Shown in pieces: positions 27,107 to 40,906 of a DNA stretch of 64,000 nucleotides. Both the position numbers and the translations under genes were made by a program. The stretch is from the NCBI GenBank assembly GCA_964016885.1, contig OZ024741.1, forward strand, positions 67,890,001-67,954,000. The letters are read 5' to 3'. A model generated the notes under the pieces. It was given only the letters and a program-made list of their open reading frames with translations. It did not search any database and was not told the DNA's origin. How positions within the stretch are numbered: position 1 is the first letter of the stretch; each line of letters begins with the position of its first letter. This stretch comes from Eledone cirrhosa. Its lineage: Eukaryota.

Positions 27107-28789
27107 TGTGCGTACGCGTGCCGGATTCTATGCATATACGTATATGTGTTTAGGCACACGATGTATAGGATAATATACATAGTTATACGTACGCAAATTA
27201 TGCGTTTTGTTTAACTATCTAAAGTTTAATGACATCTAAGAAGAGTCGTGTTCTGTATAAAAGACTTCTTTAAGTGGAAAAACAATAAGAAGGAAATTAA
27301 TTTCTACTTCACATCAAAGAAACAATCAGCAGACTGCGATAAAATTCCCGGAATGGCAAATGGTGTGAGGCTGTGTTGTTGGTTTTGATGGTTGTAGTAG
27401 TGCCAGTTGTAGTGGCGGTGGAGGTGGTGGTGGTGGTGGTCGTCGTCGTCGTCGTGGTCGTGGCGACGGTTTTTGTAGTGGCGGAGGTGGTGATGGGGGT
27501 TGTGGTTGTAGGGAGGAGGGGAGATGTTACGTGTTCGTATCTGTTAATTGTTGCAGTGAGTCTCGGTGATGTGTTTGTTGTTATGCTGCTGATTGCACTT
27601 TTAAAGATACATTTCTTTCGTCAACTTGGTAATAGTGTTGATGGAACTGTTGTTGTGGTTGCTGTTGTCGTTGCTGTTAGTGGTGGTGTTGGTTGTTGGG
27701 GTGGGGGGATGACGGTGGTGTTGATCGTCATCGTCGTCGTCGTCGTACATCTGGTGGTGGTGGTGGTGGTGGTGCTGTCGGTAGTTAGTGTGGTGTTGGT
27801 GGTGGTGGTCACTGTCGTCATTATGTTGGTAGTGTTTGTGTTTATGGTATAGGTGAATGTCATGATGGTGATGTGAGTGGTGATGGTGGCGATGTCTTGT
27901 TGTTGTTATAGTGGTGGTGTTGGTGGTGGTCCTGATGTTGCTGCTAAAGGTGGTAGTGGTTCTGGTTCTGGTGATAGTGGTAGCGGTGGTGTAAGTAGTA
28001 GTTGTAGTGGGCTTCGTGGTGGTTGTGATGGTAGTGGTGGTAGTGGCCTTGGTTGTACTGTTGTTGGTGGTGGTATCTTGGTCACTGGGTCAGTGATGGT
28101 GCATATCCTACTAGTATAGTTCTGTTGATGATAGTGATAATGGTAGTTGTAGAGGTAATGTTAGTAGAAGTGCTGGTGGTTTTGATGGTGATATTAGTGA
28201 TGATGATGTTGGGAGTAGGTGTGGTGGTGTTTGTCGATGTTGTGATAGATAGTGATGTTGGTGGTAGTTGTGGTAGTTGTGAGGCGTTGTAGTGGTGTTA
28301 ATAGCATTAGGAGTAGTGGTGTTAATAATAATGGTGGTAGTGATAATGGAAGCTGTGGTAATGGAAATGTTGATGGTAGTTGGTCAATGGTAGAGGTTGT
28401 AGGTGTGATAGTGTCAGTAGTGGTGACAATGGTAGAGGAAGTGCGCATGGTGATAGTAATAGTATTGGTGATAGAGTTGCTGGCTTTGACAACAGTGTCA
28501 AAACAGTGGTGTTAGTAGATGTGATGATTTTGTGTTAGTGGTAGTGATGGTTGTGTTGGTAGAAGTAATGGTTGTGTCGATAGTGTTAGTTGTGGTGGTT
28601 AAAGTAGAGATAGTGGTTGTGATGATAGTGTTAGTGATGGTAGAGGTGTCGGCTGTGATAATAATGGTAATGGTGGTGGTTGTGGCGATAGTGGTTGTGA
28701 TGGTTGGAGTGTTGGCTGTAATAATAGTGATAATGGTGGTAGAGGTGGCCGTTGTCATGATAGTGGTAGAGATGGGAGAGGTGGTGGTT

Positions 28790-29610
28790 GTGACGAAAGT
28801 GATAGTAAGGTGGAAATATGGTTGTGATGATAGTGGTAGTGGGATGGAAATATGGTTGTGATGATAGTGGCAGTGAGATGGAAATATTGTTGTGATGATA
28901 GTGATAGTAAGGTGGAAATATGGTTGTGATGATAGTGGTAGTGGGATGGAAATATGGTTGTGATGCTAGTTGTAGTGGGGTGGAAATATGTTTGTGATGA
29001 TAGTAGTAGTAAAGTGGAAATATGGTTGTGATGCTTGTGATAGTAAGGTGGAAATATGGTTGTGTTGATAGTGGTAGTGGGATGGAAATATGGTTGTGAT
29101 GATAGTGGTAGTGGGATGGAAATATGGTTGTGATGATAGTGGTAGTGGGATGGAAATATGGTTGTGATACTAGTTGTAGTGAGGTGGAAATATGGTTGTG
29201 ATGCGAGTGATAGTAGGGTGGAAATATGGTTGTGATGCTTGTGATAGGTGGAAGTATGGTTGTGATGATAGTGGGAGTGAAGTGGAAATATGGTTGTGAT
29301 GATAGTGGTAGTGAGGTGGAAATATGGTTGCGATGCTAGTGATAGTAAGGTGGAAATATGGTTGTGATGCTTGTGATAGTAAGGTGGAAATATGGTTGTG
29401 GTGATAGTGGTAGTTAAGTGGAAATATGGTTGTAATGATAGTGGTAGTGAGGTGATAATATGGTTGTGATCATAGTGGTAGTGGGATGGAAATATGGTTG
29501 TGAAGTTAGTGATAGTAGGGTGGAAATATGGTTGTGATGCTAGTGGTAGTGGGGTGGAAATATGGTTGTGATACTTGTGGCAGTGAGGTGGAAATATGGA
29601 TGTGATGCTG
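28790..29610 (+). repeat. 34-bp minisatellite, roughly 24 units
   Basis: Unit TGGAAATATGGTTGTGATGATAGTGGTAGTGGGA, with a conserved GGAAATATGGTTGTGAT core and a variable remainder. Confidence 0.9.
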
Positions 29611-31660
29611 GTGGTACTGATGGTAGAGGTGGTGGTAATTGTGATGATAGTGCTAGTGATGCTGAAGGTGGTGATATTGAGGATAGTGTTAATGAGGTCG
29701 TGGTGAAGGTGGTGCTGCTGGTGCTGGTAAAGGAGATTAATTTAAATATAATGGTGGGTATCAGGGTGATTGATTGGGATGGCGTCAATGAAGACAATAA
29801 CCAAAACTATTTTCTGAATGATTGGTAGTAATTGATGAGCTGTTAGATTTTAAATGTAGTTGCCTTTACATGTTTTCAAAGTGAAAATTGCTTCGTTGTG
29901 TTGTTGCAGTTGTTGTTATTATTAGCAATATCGGTCTTCATATTGGTTTTATGGTGTGTTTTTCTGGCATTGGCATGGTTATAATTTGTACTGTTGTTGT
30001 TGTTAGTGATGATAAGATTTATAATAACGACGGACACAACGACGACAATGATGATATTGGTGATGGTGGAGGTACTGATGACGGCAGCGACGGCGATGGT
30101 AGTAGTAGTGGTGGTGGTGGTGGTGGTGGTGGTGGTGTCGTCAGTGGTGCAGGTGGTGCTGTTGTTGGTTAGAATGGTGACGACGACCACGACGACGACG
30201 GTGGCAATGGTGATGATGATGATGATGATGATGGTATGATGATAATGACAATGACGACGATGATGATGAAGATGATGGTGATGATAATGATGATATAATT
30301 ATTGTAATTCTGTTTCTCCTCAGACGACTTAAAGACGGTTTGCTGATATCGCCAATGCGGCAGAAAACAGCAAATCTGGCTTTCTGTAAAACAGAGACTT
30401 TGTAATAGAAATGAGAAATGCACATGCAAGGCGGTAGATTTACAGAATCGTTAGAGCGACGAACAAAACTACCTTGCGGTATTTAGTCGTTGTTCTTTAC
30501 GTTCTGAATTCAAATCTGACCGATTGCAACTTTCCCTTTCAACTTTCAGTTATCGATAAAATAGTGTATCTGTTAAAGTACAGGGCTGATTTAATTAATT
30601 AACTCCCTGGGCCCAAATATGCACCCCTGTGTCTGAGCTGGAAATTATTATCATTATTATTCCTGTTGGAAATACAAAAGAAAGGATTATATTATCATAA
30701 ATGCTGCTTCTGTGTCTTTTTGTTGTTGTTGTTGTTGTCGTCGTTGTTGATGCTGTTGCCTTTGTGATTTATCTACATTCCTATATATATTGAATCACAA
30801 CTTATTTCCTTGTATATGTGAATGGAAAACACTGGAAAATCTGTACAAAACAATATAAGTTTAACAGATGCTATGTAATAATACACTAACAGTATTTACA
30901 ATTCCTTGCCTTCCTCTTTTCTGAAACGGACATGCTAATGATTCTATAACTAATTACTCAGAAATACCATTTACAATTATAATGATGGAAACAATCCTCA
31001 ACTGTCGTAATATATTTAATTTAACAGCTATGTCGGTGTAATTACTTAGCTTTTTAGCTCGCTTCTACACAACATTATAACCATTTGATTATTATGCACT
31101 ACTGTCAATTTTGTCGTGGTGAATATGCCAGGCTTGTTGTCTACTGTCAACTATTAGCAGGTCTGCTTGTATACTAAACTTTCATAGAATTTTTGTTTTG
31201 TCATTTCTTCAGCCAGGAGAAGGTTCATATTAACACCGAGCTTTTCTTGGAGATGGAATTATGAAGATAGACGTATCAGTTAACTATATTTGCATGAATT
31301 GAACAAAGATACGTAGAAAGTCTTCTTGTGAGTTGGAAATATAATAGGCGGCATTAATATGTCATCGTTAACTACTTTGTGCTCCCATACTACCATCATT
31401 AGATGTAATATTTATTGTGTATTATATGAGCTTCCGTGGTGAATTTTAGTCTCTTACCCCGCAATTCAAAACAAGTGGCTATGTGTATATACATATGCTT
31501 ATAAAGCATTATGCGTGTACGTTTATCTCTGTGAGCACACGCATGCATGTAGGTATACATACATACATACATACATACATACATACATACATACATACAT
31601 ACATACATACATACATACATACATACATGCATATATACATGCATACATACATACATACAT

Positions 31661-32267
31661 GGTGGCTGCCAACTCGTTTTCGAGTACGGCCACTACTTTA
31701 TATCCATGTAGGAGAACCCCTACCGATGCGCTGAACGAGTGTGACTTTTTAGTCCAGCCAGCGACTTGAAAACTCTGGTACAAACACTACACTTGTGACA
31801 ATTATTGACACATAGTGCTGGGCCCATGGTACCATGTGAGGACAAGTGCAGAGAGATCTCTAGATATAAAGCAATGCCTGTGCCGTGAAGCTTTTATAGT
31901 GAGCAAAGGCACTGCACAAAGCCAGTCCCACTCTCTTAACCAAGATGATATTTACCAAAAAGAAGAACAAGTCAACATCATTGGATACCATCAGAGTTGC
32001 AGGTGTTATATCAGAGTTTTCCTTCTCCTAGAATTCTGCCTTGACAAAGGCTAAGGGGTCATCTCTCCCGGTGATTTTGGATGGCCATTGACTCTTAAGA
32101 GCTCCTTTGCCCTTTGACAGGTTTTGTTTTTAGTCCTGCAGGATGCCCAAAGTCACCCTCCTCACCAAGAAACCTTAGTGGGGTTGCCAGTTTAGTCGCC
32201 AACGACCCGACCATGAGACAGGTTGTACTGGCATACATGTTACCAGTAGCACCAACTGGTGACCTGA
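31661..32267 (-). mobile_element. Non-autonomous RTE-like retroelement copy 1, embedded in (CATA)n
   Basis: About 600 bp, near-identical to 41863-42424, with no real ORF. It has a terminal stem-loop next to a (TATG)n tail and an internal gttttccttctcctag...gacaaaggctaag segment reminiscent of RTE 5' regions (recalled, not verified). Confidence 0.65.
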
Positions 32268-32366
32268 CATACATACATACATACATACATACATACATAC
32301 ATACATACATACATACATACATACATACATGCATACATACATATAGAGAAAGATTTGTGTGGAGGT

Positions 32367-32507
<141 letters not shown>

Positions 32508-32671
32508 GTATATATATATATATATATATATACATATATATATAATATCTTAATTATGTTTAATGCTATGATGTTTGCCATTATGTTTCACGCTACGCTG
32601 TTTAACACTTCGATATATTCTGTGATGCGACTTCTTTAACTTTGAGGTATTTTCTTCTGTTCTGTTTATAG

Positions 32672-32734
32672 GATAAACTGCTGTCGAAAATTGACGAACG
32701 GGACCTGGAGACAGCTATTAAAGAAGAAGAAGAA
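32672..32734 (+). CDS. Internal 63-nt coding exon of the RING-finger gene (DKLLSKIDERDLETAIKEEEE)
   Basis: The acceptor is tttcttctgttctgtttatAG and the donor is a perfect GTAAGT at 32735. The exon is 21 codons, phase 0/0, and joins in frame to give ...KEEEE|CVICLG, an acidic run before the first RING cysteine. The implied intron is 32735-62117. Confidence 0.75.
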
Positions 32735-33399
32735 GTAAGTAATCCAAATATAATGAATTAAATCTCACAAATTACGTATTTATTTGTTTGTTTGTTTTGT
32801 GTTAACTCGTACAAAATTGCTTCTATTCTACCTGGGGAATTGTATTAGAACGTTTATCAGCTCCGCCGCCACAGATCCGGTGTTTTTACACTGTCATCTA
32901 AAAATATGAAATAGTTAACACTTGTTTACTTACCACTACAAACGATACAAGAGAGCATCTAAGCGAATGCTCGACCTAGAAGAAATATCACCCGGGTCTC
33001 CCTTAAATTCTATACCATTATAAAAAAAATGGAGGAACACGTTAGAAATATAGTTCTAGATATACATAAGTAACGGGATAGTTATGGCTGGGGCACCTTT
33101 GATTATGGATCTGTTCGATCAGGGATGAAATACTCAAACGACCCAACAAGGGACCCTGTGTATGATCCCACGACCCACAAGAAATAGCTGCTATAGAAGA
33201 CAATGAGAGCGGCTCTACGTAATGCAGGATGTGCTAGAAATAGTAACAAATTCTTCTTCCAATCACATCCGCATGTCTTAAAAAAAGGAAAGACACATTG
33301 ATCAAAATAGTTTCTGATAAAAAAAACAAAATCACATTTGTTTGCTACAAGGTTGTGTTTTAGTATTAGGTTGGATATTAATGAAGCTAGAGGTTGAGC

Positions 33400-34379
33400 T
33401 TATTGTGTTTGTGTGTCTTCTTTTTATATTTGCCGCTTGGGTGCATATATTGTTATTTAGGGTCAATTTTGTCAGACAGTTGTTAGAACTGTTGTTGTTG
33501 GGGATGTCGTAGTGTTGCAGTAAGGGATTGTTTTGGGTATAGTTTTGTTAGTTGCCTACGCTTTAAAGTTGTTCTAAAGATTTCAAGCTTCATGATGGTA
33601 GAGTAGAAGAGTTTGAGTGTGCGTATTGTAAGGATTTTGTAATATTTATGGGATTGGGGAATGTTCTTCATTATAATTTTAGTTTAAATCTAGGTTCCAT
33701 ATGGATGGTTATACTAGAGATAAGTTCTTGATTAGCTTCATTTCACTAAAGTGGTACTGTTGACTCCTAAATGTTCATGTATTTCGGGTGAGTTTAGCTC
33801 TATTAATTTCTGTCTCACTGACATCGTTTTGGGTTCTGAAGGAGTGTCTTGGTGCTTCCTTAACGTTTCTTGGTGCGTAACTGCAGTTTTTCTAGGCATG
33901 GAATTGTTAAATAAACTGCTAATATTGGTCTACCTACTTCTGGTTGTTCTTCCAATGTAACGCACCGATTGTAGATTTATGGTAACCTCAGTGTCATTGG
34001 AGTAAGTCATTATAGTCTTGTCATTAGTCCGGCGTTCTTGTTATCATTCCGTGTTTCCTTGTATTGTTTGTGTATTTGTTGCTGCATCTGTATTATTTGT
34101 ATAAGTTCCTTGATTCAGTGGTTATTTTTGGTCCAAATAACTTAGTATATGATGCGTATTTATGCAATTCACGTGCACCCGGTATGAATTGAATTTTGCT
34201 TTTGTAACAGGTCCATCTAAATGCTTCATTATAATAGCCCGTATACTCACTGCAAATAGCTTCGTTTGCTGAGAGTCGGGAAATTCTTAATGATACACCC
34301 TTTACAATTGAGTTGATATGTATGTGAATAAGATGCATTCATATCTCTCTCTCTCTATATATATATTTATTTATATACG

Positions 34380-34470
<91 letters not shown>

Positions 34471-34492
34471 TATATATATATATATATATATA

Positions 34493-34563
<71 letters not shown>

Positions 34564-34753
34564 TATATATATATATACTTATACATATCAACTAAATTGT
34601 AAAGGGTATATTATTAAGAAATTCCCGACTCTCAGCAAACGAGGCTATTTTCTATGAGTATACGGGCTATTATAATGAAGCATTTAGATGGACCTGTTAC
34701 AAAAGCAAAATTCAATTCATGCCGGGTGCACGTGAATTGCATAAATACGCATC
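33400..34753 (-). mobile_element. Degenerate Penelope-like element remnant with about 170-bp inverted terminal duplication
   Basis: The minus strand gives L*YNHPYG...NIPQSHKYYKILTIRTLKLFYS, which resembles the Penelope RT/GIY-YIG linker (recalled as WFNPPY...HFPxxHKyhKIfNRnTvKlSYS). 34150-34324 and 34583-34753 are inverted repeats around a (TA)n tract. Confidence 0.55.
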
Positions 34754-34854
34754 ACACTCACACACACACACATATATATATGTGTGTGTGTATGTATGTA
34801 ATGTATGTATATTTATATGTGTGCATGCGTGTGCGTATGTGTGTGTATAATATG

Positions 34855-34960
<106 letters not shown>

Positions 34961-35389
34961 TATATATATATATATATATATATGAGTATGCGTTTGTTTG
35001 AATGTCGGTATGGGTGTGTTTGTAAGGAATAGTATTTAAGAGGGTAAGAAAAAGATCGATAGAAATAGAATGAAGTGTGTTGAAGTCAGCGAGAAGGAGA
35101 TATAAACGTATATAGAGTAATAGAAAAAAAACGGGTGGTAAGAAAAATGGAAAGAGGGAGACTAACATAAATAGCGAGAATAATACATATGACAAAATGA
35201 AAATATATCAAGAAATAAAGGGTTTCAAACGATCATGTTTCTAATTTATTTTCTTGGTATTGTTGCGGATTTTTCCTTTACCTTAATTTATAAGAGGAAA
35301 TGAAAATGGCGGTTATAAATAATGAACAAATTTCAAAATGGCGACATAAAGAACGCAAGAATGATAAAGAGATTGATAGGTATATTTAG

Positions 35390-36100
35390 AAGTGGTAGAT
35401 AGGTAAGTAAAAGGTTGGTTAGGTACGGAGGTAGGGAGATAGGTGGGGAGGAAGGAGGGAGGGAGGAGAGAGGGAGGTGGTTAGGTAGATAGATAGGTAG
35501 GCAGGTGGGTAGTTAGGTTGGAAAGTGGGTAAGTAGGTAGGTTGGTGGGTAGGTAGGTAATGAGGTAGGTAGGAGTAGGTATGGGGGGAGGAAGGGAGGT
35601 GGTTAGGTAAATAGATAGGTAGGAGGTAGGTGGGTAGTTAAGTAGAAACGTAGGTAAGTTGGTAGGGAGGTAGAGACGTAGGTAGGTAAGAAGGTAGGGA
35701 GGGAAGGAGAGCGGTAGGTGAGTAGGCAGGTAGAGAGGGGGAGGGAGGGGTAGATAGGTAGGTGGGTAGGTAGGTAGATAGGTAGGAAGGTAGGTAGGTG
35801 CGTAGTTAGGTAGGTAGATATGTAGGGAAGGAGGGAGGGAGAGAGGGTGGTAGGTAGGTAGGTGGGTAGGTAGGAAGGTATGTAGATATATAGATGGGTA
35901 GGTCGGTAGAGAGGGAGGTAGGTAGGTGGATAGGTAGTTAGTTAGGTAGGTAGGTAGGTAGGTAGGTAGGTAGGTAGGTAGGTAGGTAGGTAGGTAGGTA
36001 AGGAGGTAGGTATGTAGGTAGGTAGCTAGCTAGCTAGCTAGGTAGATAGGTAGGTAGATAGGTAGGTAGGTAAGTGGGTAAGGAGGTAGGTAGGTATAGT
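35390..36100 (+). repeat. Degenerate (AGGT)n purine-rich satellite
   Basis: Long GGTA/GGGA-rich tract with a pure (TAGG)n run at about 35943-36000. Confidence 0.9.
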
Positions 36101-37092
36101 GAGACGTAGATATAGAGAGAGAGACACATTCAGACAGACGACAAACCTACAGACAGACAGACATACATACAGTCATACATACATACATACAGACAGTCAT
36201 ACATACATACATACAGACATAGAGAGAGACATACTGGAGCTAGATTATAGTCAGTAAATATGTTCTTGCCTTGTGATGGGAAAGCACAAGAGACACTGCC
36301 TGGGTCGATAAGAGTTGAGTTACTTAAATGAAGGAACTCTAGTTCATAATCGATCGGCATTTTTTTTTGTTTTACATATCTTTTCCGATATTTTCGTTTT
36401 AAAAAATATGTTCTTTTTTTTTTCCTAGAAGCTTCCCGAAGCTTCTTTAAACGCTATTTGCTCTATGTTGTTAGTTGTGTGTATTCCTAGTTTTTCCGAT
36501 TTTCTTGTCTTCCTTTGTTTCATCTGTTTTCTTTTATTTTATCCATTTTATTTTTTTTGTTTTTCTGTATTATATTACTGTATTATTGTGGTTGTTGTTG
36601 CCGCTGTTGTCGTTGTTGCTGTTGTTCTTGTTGTTAGTGGTGGTGGGATAGTGGTGGTAGTGGTGGTGGTGGTGGGATGGTGGTGGTGGTGGTGGTGGAG
36701 TAGTAGTTGCTGGTTTTGTAGTTTTGGTTGTTGTTACTGTTGTTGTTGCTGTTGTTGTTGTTGTTAGTGGTGGTGGGATAGTGGTGGTAGTGGTGGTGGT
36801 GGTGGTGGTCGTGGTGGTGGTGGTGGAGTAGTAGTTGCTGGTTTTGTAGTTTTGGTTGTTGTTACTGTTGTTGTTGCTGTTGTTGTCAGTGGTGGAAGTA
36901 GTGGTGGAGGGATGGTGGTGGTGGAGTAGTTATTGCTCGTGTTATAGTTTTGGTTGTTGTTACTGTTGTTATAGTTGTTGCTGTTATTGTTATTGATGTT
37001 GGTGGTGTTGGTGGTGGTGGTGGTGGAGTAGTTGTTGCTGGTGTTGTAATTTTGGTTATTTTTAATGTTGGTATAGTAGTTGTTGTTTTTGT

Positions 37093-37124
<32 letters not shown>

Positions 37125-37503
37125 TTGATGTTGCTGTTTCTATATTATTCGTTGTGTAACGTTCTTCTGATCGCTGTGATGGTGGAGGGGATTAGGGAGA
37201 GCTGGTGGAGGGGGTTGCGTTGAGATTATAGTAGGGGAGATGATCTGGGTTGGTAGGGTGGTATGGGATGACTGAGATTGGTTAAGACAGTTGAGATGAT
37301 GAGATGGATGGGTGGTTGGCAGCAACACAGCATTATGGGGAAAACATTTAATGGAAATCTCAGATTTAATAACAGAAGGATAAAAATAGGTAAAGAATCA
37401 AAACAAAGAAAAAAATAACAAATACGTTTATGTTCGTAATGACTAGAGCGTATATTCTTTTTTGTTTTCTAATTTCATTGAATATATTATTATTATCATT
37501 ATT

Positions 37504-37896
37504 TGGCAGTATCGGTAGAGGGTCGGACGCCATGCTTTGACGCACAGAGTTACAGCCCTTGCCATTCTGAGTTCAAATCCCGCCGAGGTTAACTTTGCCT
37601 TTCATCCTTACGGGGTCGATAAAATAAAGTACCAGTAATACACTGGGTAATTGCTGGCCTTGTGCCTAACGTAGAAACAATTATTATTAAGAAATCAAGG
37701 TTTGGCAGTATCGATAGAGGGCCGGACGCCATGATTTGCAGCATAGACTAACGGCCCTTTACAGTCTGAGTTCAAATCCCGCCGAGGTTAATTTTGCCTT
37801 TCATCGTTACGGGGTCGATAAAATGCACCAGTAATGCACTGAGATTATTGCTGGCCTTGTGCCAAAAGTAGAAACAATTTTAAGAAATCATCATCG

Positions 37897-37938
<42 letters not shown>

Positions 37939-38407
37939 CTGTTCAGTAGATTGGCAGAATCGGTAGAGCGTCGGACAACATGCTTCGCGGCACAAAGTTA
38001 CGGCCCTTTACGTTCTAAGTTCAAATCCCGCCGAGGTTAGCTTTGCCTTTCGTCCTTAAGAGGTCGATAAAATAAAGTACCAGTAACGCACTGAGGCCGA
38101 TTTAATCGACTTTCCCCTTCCCTTCAAATTGCTGGCCTTGTGCCTAAAGTAGAAACAATTATTATCATCATTATCCTCTTCATTCTCATCACCATTAATA
38201 TTGCTATAAGCGATGGATTGGCAGTATCGGTAGAGGGTCGGACGCCATGCTTTGCAGCGTAGAGTTACGGCCCTTTATTGCGTGAATTCAAATCCCGCCG
38301 AGGTTAATTTCACCTTTAATCCCCTTACGAGGTCGATAAAATAAGGTACCAGTAATACACTGAGATAATTGCTGGCCTTGTGCCAAAAGTAGAAACAATT
38401 ATTATTA
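37504..38407 (+). mobile_element. Head-to-tail array of four SINE copies
   Basis: Copies at about 37504-37689, 37702-37880, 37946-38165 and 38206-38407. Each has a TGGCAG(T/A)ATCG head and B-box and ends in gtagaaacaatt. ATT- or GTT-type tracts lie before and between them. Confidence 0.9.
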
Positions 38408-40494
38408 ATATTGTTGTTGTTGTTAACGCTTTTTATTACTATCATTACATATGAACCATTATTAATATTACTACTTCTGCTGCTGCTGTTATTTATACTA
38501 CTACTACTACTACTACTACTACTATTACTACTACTACTACTACTACTACTTCTACTACTACTACTAACAGTTTTGAATTTTTTTACGTATCTGCTTTATA
38601 GGAAGCCCAGTCCCGTGAGCCTCAGGTGTATAAAAGTTTGCTTATATTTTCTTGTGTGTATGTCTTGCATCGCTGTTAGTTGTTATATTTTATTTCAGTT
38701 TATATTGTAATGCTCGTATTTTATGTATGTGTGTAATACATATGCTATGCCAATCATTTCGATATATTTTGTAGTTGAAATTAATCCTAAAATATTGTGG
38801 CTTTATATATTTCTATCTTCTATTTTCACGAAACCATATATACCAAAGTTTTTTCTCATCTTCATATTTTACGTTGTTTGCGATACAAAACATATAAAAT
38901 TTCATTATCTATGTTGTCCTTTCACTTGGATGTATCTATGTTGTCTGTCTTGTTATAAAATCAACATTATATGGACGTTTCACGTTTAGTTTTCTGTTAA
39001 TTAAGTATAGAAATGTTCCAAATGATTGTAGTTACATGGTTTTAAAACTAACTCTCTAGTATCTAGTGTATGTACGTTCTTATTGTCTTGTTTATGCTGA
39101 AGTAGTCATTTAATTCTTCACCTGCTAGAATTAAAAACGTAATATCTCTGAAATTCCATCATATCGCTGTTTACAAGAAATTACACATTGTATAATGTAC
39201 GCCTAGACAGAGAAAGTTTGGATAAACATAGCTGAAACATTTTTAAGCATATGTCTGCAGATTCATGTCTGACTTAGGAACTACATAACACAAACAACTA
39301 TTTCATCACACTACATCAATCAGCCAATCACCATAAACAATAGATCTATCAATATATATATATATATAGATAGCGTATCTCAAAACAAGATGGGTTGATC
39401 ACGTCTAGAACAGCTCTAATTATAGATATGCTTCATTAGGGCCACCATGGAGATAAACGAAATCGATTAGGTGTTCTGAAAACAAATATAATTGTTTGGT
39501 ATATTGAATCTTATTTGTCCTTAATCTTCACGTTTTTCATCTTGTACGCTTATCAAACGCTGGCACACAGACACACACATACATACACACACTCATAGAC
39601 ACGTAGACACACACATACATGCACACACATAGAGACACAGGGACAGAGAACACACACATACACGCACGCACACTCATAGACACGTAGACACACACATACA
39701 TGCACACACACATGAAGACACAAGGAGAGAGAACACACACACATATAGGCACGCACACTAATAGACACTCAGACACACACATACATGCACACACACATGA
39801 AGACACAAGGAGAGAGAACACACACACATATAGGCACGCACACTAATAGACACTCAGACACGCACATACATGCACAGAGACACACAGGCAGACAAGTCAC
39901 ACACATACACACACATACAAACACGCACTTACATACTCGTACTCAAGGAATTTCTTCATATTTCTTTAGGTTGTCTAGGAGTATATTATCTGTGATCGAT
40001 GGATGGTATGTATCTAAGGATATTACGTTGCTATTTCTAGCAGGTCGAGCGAGAACGTAGATGCACTGATCCGAAGAAACAATCATTGATAGAATTGAAA
40101 TTTGAGAATACGTGTCTCAAAAGCAGAAAATAACTGTTGTTGAGTAGATTACCTGAGATACGTAAAAAGGTGAAGAGCAGCGTTTACCGTCTCTAGGAGT
40201 AATTTACCCAATTTTCTTAACTATTACTTTTAGGGATCGACTGCTAATACAGTTATTTTCTGCATTTGGAACTGCCACATTTTCAAGTTTCAAACATTTC
40301 CAGCATTTTGATGTTACATAAGATGAATAGATTTGTTTCAGGTGAGCAATGGGACGAAGAGGAAGTTATGACAGGAAAGGTCTGAATACGAATACAGGAG
40401 AGAGGGGGTAGAAAGAGAGAGAGAGGGGGAGAGAGAGAGTGAGAAAGAGAGACCGACAGCGAGAGAGAGAGAGGTTGAGGTAGAGTATTGGGTT

Positions 40495-40672
40495 AATAAT
40501 TGTTTCTACTTTTGACACAAGGCCAGCAATTACCCAGTACATTACTGGTACTTTATTTTATCGACCCCGTAAGGATGAAAGCCAAAGTTAACCTCGGCGG
40601 GATTTGAACTCAGACCGTAAAGGGACGTAACTAAGCTAGAAAGCATGGCGTCCAACCCTCTACCGATACTGC
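40495..40672 (-). mobile_element. tRNA-derived SINE (main family, young)
   Basis: Near-identical to the copy at about 16588-16780. Confidence 0.85.
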
Positions 40673-40824
40673 AAATAAACAAGAAATTCAAAGAATAAGT
40701 GTGCGCCAGAAAAGAAATTATATAGAGTTAAGGATAGTGTAAATGAGCAGACTAGTTAAAATGAAAGTTGAAACTTTCAGTTTACCTTGACTACAACACA
40801 AACACAAATACATACATACGTACA

Positions 40825-40906
<82 letters not shown>

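Noticed and set aside
28790-29610. CRISPR-like repeat/spacer appearance
   Set aside because: The variable parts are related to one another and only about 17 bp long, there are no cas genes, and the context is eukaryotic. It is a minisatellite.
35390-36100. Telomere-like G-rich tract
   Set aside because: The repeat is AGGT/TAGG rather than TTAGGG, and it is degenerate and interstitial.
37504-37590. tRNA genes suggested by A/B boxes
   Set aside because: I saw no cloverleaf with an acceptor stem, and the boxes are always followed by the SINE core and tail.
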